From the sequence record PP400787: a stretch of DNA of 64,000 bases. The stretch is one strand, 5' to 3'. The notes below the pieces were generated by a model that saw only the letters and a list, made by a program, of their open reading frames with translations, was not told the DNA's origin and ran no database searches. Positions 59,249-64,000 of the stretch are shown piece by piece; the stretch's first letter is position 1; each line of letters opens with the position of its first letter. The DNA is from Escherichia phage FL23. A program made the position numbers and the translations under genes.

Positions 59249-59526
59249 TGGCTCAATTAAGCGCAGGGTTTGGTTATGAGTATTATACTGTCCCTCGTCG
59301 TGTATCTATTGCTCCTAAGAAAATTCAAAGTCTTGATGATTTCCAGGAAGTAGTCCGTAAAGCTTTCCAGGACTATGCACGTTATCTTAAAGAAGATTCA
59401 CAGGACTGCCTCGAAGAAGATGAAATTGCTTACTATGAGCAACGTCTTGAACAGCTTAAAAACTTACATGAGGTTCGTGCAGAAGTTACAAAGTCTATGA
59501 ATAAATTGATTAGATTTAAAGAATAA
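59248..59526 (+). CDS. Hypothetical protein (92 aa)
   Basis: Verified ATG 59248 (TAATG overlap). Confidence 0.45.
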   Translation: MAQLSAGFGYEYYTVPRRVSIAPKKIQSLDDFQEVVRKAFQDYARYLKEDSQDCLEEDEIAYYEQRLEQLKNLHEVRAEVTKSMNKLIRFKE

Positions 59527-59528
59527 CT

Positions 59529-59581
59529 GTTTACTTTTCCTCTTGACTGTGGTATAATTTTTCTATCAGTTAAGAGGAGAA
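59529..59581 (+). promoter_or_regulatory. Early promoter with SD-sequestering stem-loop (PeSL-like) for regB
   Basis: GTTTACT, 17-nt spacer, TATAAT (59553-59558); 10-bp stem ttttcctctt (59535-59544) with aagaggagaa (59572-59581, contains SD). Confidence 0.65.
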
Positions 59582-59585
59582 TAAC

Positions 59586-60047
59586 ATGACTATCAATACA
59601 GAAGTTTTTATCCGTAGAAATAAGCTTCGTCGTCACTTTGAGTCGGAGTTTCGTCAAATTAACAATGAGATTCGTGAGGCATCAAAAGCAGCAGGGGTCT
59701 CATCGTTTCATCTAAAATATTCTCAGCATCTTCTTGATCGTGCAATTCAACGGGAGATTGATGAGACATATGTTTTTGAATTATTCCACAAAATAAAAGA
59801 CCATGTTTTAGAAGTTAATGAATTCCTGAGTATGCCTCCGCGTCCTGACATTGATGAGGATTTTATTGATGGGGTTGAATACCGTCCTGGACGTTTAGAA
59901 ATCACAGATGGAAATCTTTGGCTTGGATTTACAGTTTGTAAACCTAATGCAAAGTTCAAAGACCCGTCACTTCAATGTAGGATGGCAATTATTAACAGTC
60001 GTCGTTTACCAGGAAAGGCTTCTAAAGCAGTAATTAAAACTCAATGA
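59586..60047 (+). CDS. regB: RegB site-specific endoribonuclease
   Basis: 153-aa ORF, same length as T4 RegB; position upstream of vs/tk. Confidence 0.75.
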   Translation: MTINTEVFIRRNKLRRHFESEFRQINNEIREASKAAGVSSFHLKYSQHLLDRAIQREIDETYVFELFHKIKDHVLEVNEFLSMPPRPDIDEDFIDGVEYRPGRLEITDGNLWLGFTVCKPNAKFKDPSLQCRMAIINSRRLPGKASKAVIKTQ

Positions 60048-60054
60048 GGTAAGC

Positions 60055-60600
60055 ATGAGAAAAGCACTACTCGCTGGTCTATTGGCCATTTCAATGATGG
60101 CACATAGCTCCGAGCATACTTTCAGTAATGTCCAACTCGATAACATGCGTTACGCGTATCAATTCGGGGAACAATTTTCTAAGGATGGAAAATATAAAAC
60201 ACACAAAAACATCCATAAGAGCGGATTGGGTCATATAATGGCTGCTATTTTGTGGCAAGAAAGCTCTGCCGGAGTTAATTTAAAATCTAAACCAAAGCAT
60301 CATGCCTATGGAATGTTCCAAAATTATTTGCCTACTATGCGAGCAAGAGTTAAGGAACTTGGTTATAATATGACCGATGCTGAAATAAAAAGAATGTTGA
60401 ATAAACGGTCCAATTCAGCTTCCTGGGCGTACATTGAACTTTCTTATTGGTTAAATATACATAAGGGCGATATAAGAAAGGCGATATCCTCTTATAATTC
60501 GGGATGGAATGTTAAAGCAGGTTCTAAATATGCTTCTGAAGTCCTAGAAAAGGCTAATTACCTTAAAAATAATAAACTTTTGGAAATAGTAAATGACTAA
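60055..60600 (+). CDS. Secreted protein with lytic-transglycosylase-like motif (vs.1 position)
   Basis: 181-aa ORF with N-terminal signal peptide (MRKALLAGLLAISMMAHS) and WQESS motif. Confidence 0.5.
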   Translation: MRKALLAGLLAISMMAHSSEHTFSNVQLDNMRYAYQFGEQFSKDGKYKTHKNIHKSGLGHIMAAILWQESSAGVNLKSKPKHHAYGMFQNYLPTMRARVKELGYNMTDAEIKRMLNKRSNSASWAYIELSYWLNIHKGDIRKAISSYNSGWNVKAGSKYASEVLEKANYLKNNKLLEIVND

Positions 60601-60934
60601 AATTTTGGTTTTATGTATAGGATTAATTTCATTTTCTGTGTTAGCAGATACATCATATACTGAAATTAGAGAGTATGTAAACCGTACTGCCGCGGATTAT
60701 TGTGGGAAAAATAAAGCATGCCAAGCTGAATTTGCGCAGAAATTAATATATGCATACAAAGACGGAGAAAGAGATAAATCAAGCAGATATAAAAATGATA
60801 CATTGTTAAAACGATATGCTAAAAAGTGGAATACTTTAGAATGTTCAGTTGCGGAGGAGAAAGATAAAGCCGCTTGTCATTCAATGGTTGACCGTTTAGT
60901 AGATTCTTATAATCGAGGATTGAGTACTAGATGA
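60593..60934 (+). CDS. Small secreted Cys-containing protein (vs position)
   Basis: 113-aa ORF with signal peptide and 4 Cys; symbol not assigned because only synteny supports it. Confidence 0.45.
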   Translation: MTKILVLCIGLISFSVLADTSYTEIREYVNRTAADYCGKNKACQAEFAQKLIYAYKDGERDKSSRYKNDTLLKRYAKKWNTLECSVAEEKDKAACHSMVDRLVDSYNRGLSTR

Positions 60935-61398
60935 TTGTAAAATATATCAAGGGCGATATTGTCGCCCTTTTCGCTGAAGGTAAAAATATCGCTCATGGTT
61001 GTAACTGTTTCCACACGATGGGATCAGGAGTAGCTGGTCAATTAGCTAAAGCTTTTCCTAAGATTTTGGAAGCCGACAAATTGCAAACTGAATGGGGAGA
61101 TGAAACTAAACTCGGTTCTTATTCGGTTTACGAAAAATATTTCAGAACTCATAAAGCTTATTGCTTTAATCTTTACACACAGTTCGAACCTGGACCGAAT
61201 TTTGAGTACTCTGCTTTAATGAATTGTATGTTAGAATTAAATGAGTTTGGTGAAAATAAACTGATTAAACCTACAATCTATATGCCTAGGATTGGTGCAG
61301 GCATAGGTAAAGGGAACTGGGATATTATTGAGGGGATTTTAGATACATATTCCTCTAAATTAGAAATTGTGATTGTTGATTGGGAACCATTATTATGA
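60931..61398 (+). CDS. Macro-domain (ADP-ribose-binding/processing) protein
   Basis: 155-aa ORF with macro-domain-like motifs GDIVALFAEGKNIAHGCNC...MGSGVAGQLAKAFP. Confidence 0.55.
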   Translation: MIVKYIKGDIVALFAEGKNIAHGCNCFHTMGSGVAGQLAKAFPKILEADKLQTEWGDETKLGSYSVYEKYFRTHKAYCFNLYTQFEPGPNFEYSALMNCMLELNEFGENKLIKPTIYMPRIGAGIGKGNWDIIEGILDTYSSKLEIVIVDWEPLL

Positions 61399-61607
61399 AA
61401 GTACATTACCCGCATCCGTTTGATCCTAAAAACAAAGTGGAAATTATTCGTCAATGGGAACGCATTTGCCGTACTAAATGTCCAATTAATAGTCCGCATG
61501 ATGTAGATAAAGACTACATTGGAACATTCGTTGAATATACCTTTATTGATAAGAAAGGTCGTAAACAGCATGTAGAAGAATACTGCTTAAAGGTTACATG
61601 GTTATGA
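61380..61607 (+). CDS. Hypothetical protein (75 aa)
   Basis: ORF in tightly packed tk-proximal array. Confidence 0.45.
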   Translation: MGTIIMKVHYPHPFDPKNKVEIIRQWERICRTKCPINSPHDVDKDYIGTFVEYTFIDKKGRKQHVEEYCLKVTWL

Positions 61608-61810
61608 GCCAAACTAGTATTCTTAAAAATGCCCATTGTGAAAAGTGTAAATGGCCAGTTGTTTTTGCTTTATGCAACGATGAAATGGCTTGTGATTTCG
61701 ATTATTGGTGCTATTGTTCTAATAAAGGATGCATCAATCATAAAGGTGAAGGATTTTATTCGGGATTTTATCCTTATCCAGATTTCGTTAAAGAAGGTAA
61801 ACCGAAATGA
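61598..61810 (+). CDS. Small Cys-rich protein (70 aa), possible zinc-binding
   Basis: Several Cys including CEKCKW and CYCSNKGC. Confidence 0.45.
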   Translation: MVMSQTSILKNAHCEKCKWPVVFALCNDEMACDFDYWCYCSNKGCINHKGEGFYSGFYPYPDFVKEGKPK

Positions 61811-61980
61811 ATAGTTTTGAGTTACAGTATGAAGTGTTACGTGAGCTTGATAATTTAATTGAACTCGCTGTCAATAAAGGTTTTGCCATTGGAATCGGTC
61901 AAAAAGATACTGGTCATTTAACTATGGAAATATTTAAGCAAAAGCGAATTATTTTAAAACTCCTGGAAATTAATATATGA
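61807..61980 (+). CDS. Hypothetical small protein (57 aa)
   Basis: ATG 61807 with ATGA overlap; below the 60-aa ORF-track threshold. Confidence 0.35.
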   Translation: MNSFELQYEVLRELDNLIELAVNKGFAIGIGQKDTGHLTMEIFKQKRIILKLLEINI

Positions 61981-62162
61981 GTCTGAGTAAAGAACAAAAA
62001 GATAAATTGTTTGAGCTTATCCATGAACTTCTAGATGAGCATACAGAAGCAAACACCTTTTATGATGAATACGGCCCGCTATCTCCCGAACAGCAAGAAG
62101 AATTTGCTGATCGGTTTGATAAGAAAGAAAACGAATTAATAGCTTATGTGAATATGCTTTAA
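61977..62162 (+). CDS. Hypothetical acidic protein (61 aa)
   Basis: ORF with ATGA overlap to upstream ORF. Confidence 0.4.
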   Translation: MSLSKEQKDKLFELIHELLDEHTEANTFYDEYGPLSPEQQEEFADRFDKKENELIAYVNML

Positions 62163-62171
62163 GAAGGTGAT

Positions 62172-62753
62172 ATGGCGAGTTTAATTTTTACTTACGCAGC
62201 AATGAATGCTGGAAAATCTGCTTCTCTTTTGACTGCTGCACATAATTATAAAGAACGCGGAATGGGTGTATTAGTTCTTAAGCCTGCTATTGATACTCGC
62301 GATTCTGTCTGTGAAGTCGTTTCTCGCATTGGAATTAAGCAGGAAGCGAATATTATTACGGATGATATGGATATTTTTGAGTTCTATAAATGGGCTGAAG
62401 CACAAAAAGATATTCATTGTGTATTTGTAGATGAAGCTCAGTTTTTAAAAACTGAACAGGTGCATCAATTAAGTCGAATTGTTGATACATATAATGTTCC
62501 TGTTATGGCTTATGGGCTAAGGACTGATTTCGCTGGAAAATTATTTGAAGGTTCTAAAGAACTTTTGGCGATTGCAGATAAACTTATTGAACTAAAGGCA
62601 GTTTGTCATTGTGGTAAAAAAGCTATTATGACAGCTCGATTAATGGAAGATGGAACACCAGTTAAAGAAGGTAATCAAATCTGTATTGGTGATGAAATTT
62701 ATGTTTCTTTGTGTAGAAAACATTGGAACGAATTAACTAAAAAGCTCGGTTAG
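62172..62753 (+). CDS. tk: Thymidine kinase
   Basis: 193-aa ORF, same length as T4 Tk; P-loop AMNAGKSA and Zn-ribbon cysteines. Confidence 0.85.
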   Translation: MASLIFTYAAMNAGKSASLLTAAHNYKERGMGVLVLKPAIDTRDSVCEVVSRIGIKQEANIITDDMDIFEFYKWAEAQKDIHCVFVDEAQFLKTEQVHQLSRIVDTYNVPVMAYGLRTDFAGKLFEGSKELLAIADKLIELKAVCHCGKKAIMTARLMEDGTPVKEGNQICIGDEIYVSLCRKHWNELTKKLG

Positions 62754-62762
62754 TGCAAAAGT

Positions 62763-62770
62763 TATAAATA
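62763..62770 (+). promoter_or_regulatory. Late promoter core TATAAATA downstream of tk
   Basis: Exact octamer 26 nt upstream of ATG 62796. Confidence 0.45.
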
Positions 62771-62795
62771 GGTTTATCTAACTAAAGGGGTATAT

Positions 62796-63008
62796 ATGCT
62801 ACAATTAACTGAAAAGCAACTTCGCAATCTTACTGTTCTTCAATTAGATGAAATTCGTAGGGAAGTTGGAAATATCATTTCAGCTTTGCGTCGAGAAGTA
62901 TCACTCAACCAATCTCCGGCAGACTATACTAGATTGCGAAATTTTGAAAAATACCTTGATAAAGTTAAGGCCGTGCATCGGCATAAAGTAAATACAGGAC
63001 AAAAATGA
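62796..63008 (+). CDS. Hypothetical protein (70 aa) upstream of rI
   Basis: ORF with SD aaagggg. Confidence 0.45.
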
Positions 63009-63020
63009 TAGGAGGCCTTT

Positions 63021-63314
63021 ATGGCCTTAAAAGCAACGGCACTATTTGCCATGCTAGGATTAGCGTTTGCTTTATCTCCACCAATTGAAGCGAATGTCGA
63101 TCCTCATTTTGATAAATTTATGGAATCTGGTATTAGACACGTTTATATGCTTTTTGAAAATAAAAGCGTAGAATCATCTGAACAGTTCTATAGTTTTATG
63201 CGAACGACTTATAAAAATGACCCGTGCTCTTCCGATTTTGAATGTATAGAGCGAGGCGCGGAGATGGCACAATCATACGCTAGAATTATGAACATTAAAT
63301 TGGAGACTGAATGA
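63021..63314 (+). CDS. rI: Lysis-inhibition regulator RI (periplasmic antiholin), signal-anchored
   Basis: 97-aa ORF, same length as T4 RI; N-terminal signal/anchor MALKATALFAMLGLAFALS; position next to tk. Confidence 0.7.
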   Translation: MALKATALFAMLGLAFALSPPIEANVDPHFDKFMESGIRHVYMLFENKSVESSEQFYSFMRTTYKNDPCSSDFECIERGAEMAQSYARIMNIKLETE

Positions 63315-63697
63315 AATTCAGCGACTTTTCACAAAGTGGAAAACCTTCAAAGGCAGATGAATACTTAGGTTTATTAATGGCTGCACAAGCTTATTTTCAT
63401 TCTGCGCATTTTGAAACTAAAAGTTATGCTAGACACAAAGCATACGATTTTATTTTCTCTGAGTTGCCAGATTTGATTGATAAATTTGGTGAGCAATATT
63501 TGGGGTATTCTGGTAGAAAATACACGCCTTCTATTCCAGATGCCAGTAAACTTCCTACCGACACAATTAAAATGATTGATCGCATACTAGACCAATCTAA
63601 CAGCATTTATAAAGAAATGCCTCCAGCCATTCAAAGCACGATAGATGATATTACTGGGATGTTTTACCAGAGTAAATATCTTCTTTCCCTCGAATAA
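63311..63697 (+). CDS. Hypothetical protein (128 aa) downstream of rI
   Basis: ORF with ATGA overlap to rI. Confidence 0.45.
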   Translation: MKFSDFSQSGKPSKADEYLGLLMAAQAYFHSAHFETKSYARHKAYDFIFSELPDLIDKFGEQYLGYSGRKYTPSIPDASKLPTDTIKMIDRILDQSNSIYKEMPPAIQSTIDDITGMFYQSKYLLSLE

Positions 63698-63701
63698 CAT
63701 T

Positions 63702-63725
63702 AGTCTCCTTCGGGAGACTTTTTTC
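63702..63725 (+). terminator. Intrinsic terminator
   Basis: agtctcc-ttcg-ggagact hairpin followed by TTTTTC. Confidence 0.65.
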
Positions 63726-63734
63726 ATTTTACCG

Positions 63735-63764
63735 GTTTACTTTCCATTTGAGCTGTGATACTAT
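63735..63764 (+). promoter_or_regulatory. Early promoter
   Basis: GTTTACT, 17-nt spacer, TACTAT (63759-63764), directly after the terminator. Confidence 0.6.
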
Positions 63765-63792
63765 ACAACTATCGGATAAAGAGGAGAACATC

Positions 63793-63981
63793 ATGAAAAT
63801 TGAAGCACTTAATCAAGAAGGAAATATCTACGTCATCATTAATGGTGATTTTTTCGTCGACATGGATGAAGTTACTAGTGAAGAACTTGTAGAACTTCTT
63901 AAGAAACGTTATGATATGTGTGATGAAGCTGCAACTCATATGGCGTGTGCAATATTCTCTCTTTCATATGTGGTGGAATAG
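63793..63981 (+). CDS. Hypothetical protein (62 aa)
   Basis: ATG 63793 with SD gaggag (track ORF starts upstream inside the promoter). Confidence 0.45.
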   Translation: MKIEALNQEGNIYVIINGDFFVDMDEVTSEELVELLKKRYDMCDEAATHMACAIFSLSYVVE

Positions 63982-64000
63982 AACAAGCAGATAAAATTAA

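Noticed and set aside
61126-61165. GTTTAC promoter-like match inside the macro-domain gene
   Set aside because: No acceptable -10 hexamer at 17-nt spacing and it lies inside a coding region.

Overview
This window is a T4-like (Tequatrovirus-type) myovirus genome segment. I recognise it by synteny and by protein sizes that match T4 genes as I remember them; no database search was run. Positions 111-44248 are the late structural module on the minus strand (54, 48, 29, 28, 27, 51, then 24 down to 53: capsid, portal, terminase, neck, fibritin, tail and baseplate), interrupted by a plus-strand block (26, 25, uvsY, hoc, inh, rnlB) and by minus-strand uvsW and segE. Positions 44296-63981 are early/middle genes on the plus strand (4, 2, 3, 1, 57A, 57B, an 8-tRNA cluster with segB, nudE, lysozyme e, regB, tk, rI). 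The most interesting content is in that plus-strand region: six genes whose products start with a capsid-targeting-like sequence (MKTYxEF...) and sit in cassettes bounded by early promoters with embedded stem-loops, consistent with the promoter-early stem-loop (PeSL) cassette model; I regard these injected-protein candidates as the best place to look for uncharacterised anti-defence functions. Other points are a ~100-bp relic of denV, a frameshifted HNH homing-endonuclease gene between genes 2 and 3, a GrcA-like glycyl-radical gene whose 3' part has host-like codon usage, and a tandem array of small membrane proteins sharing a C-terminal junction motif. Three apparent frameshifts fall on A-runs, so homopolymer sequencing error must be excluded before calling pseudogenes. 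No CRISPR array, rRNA or integrase was seen.
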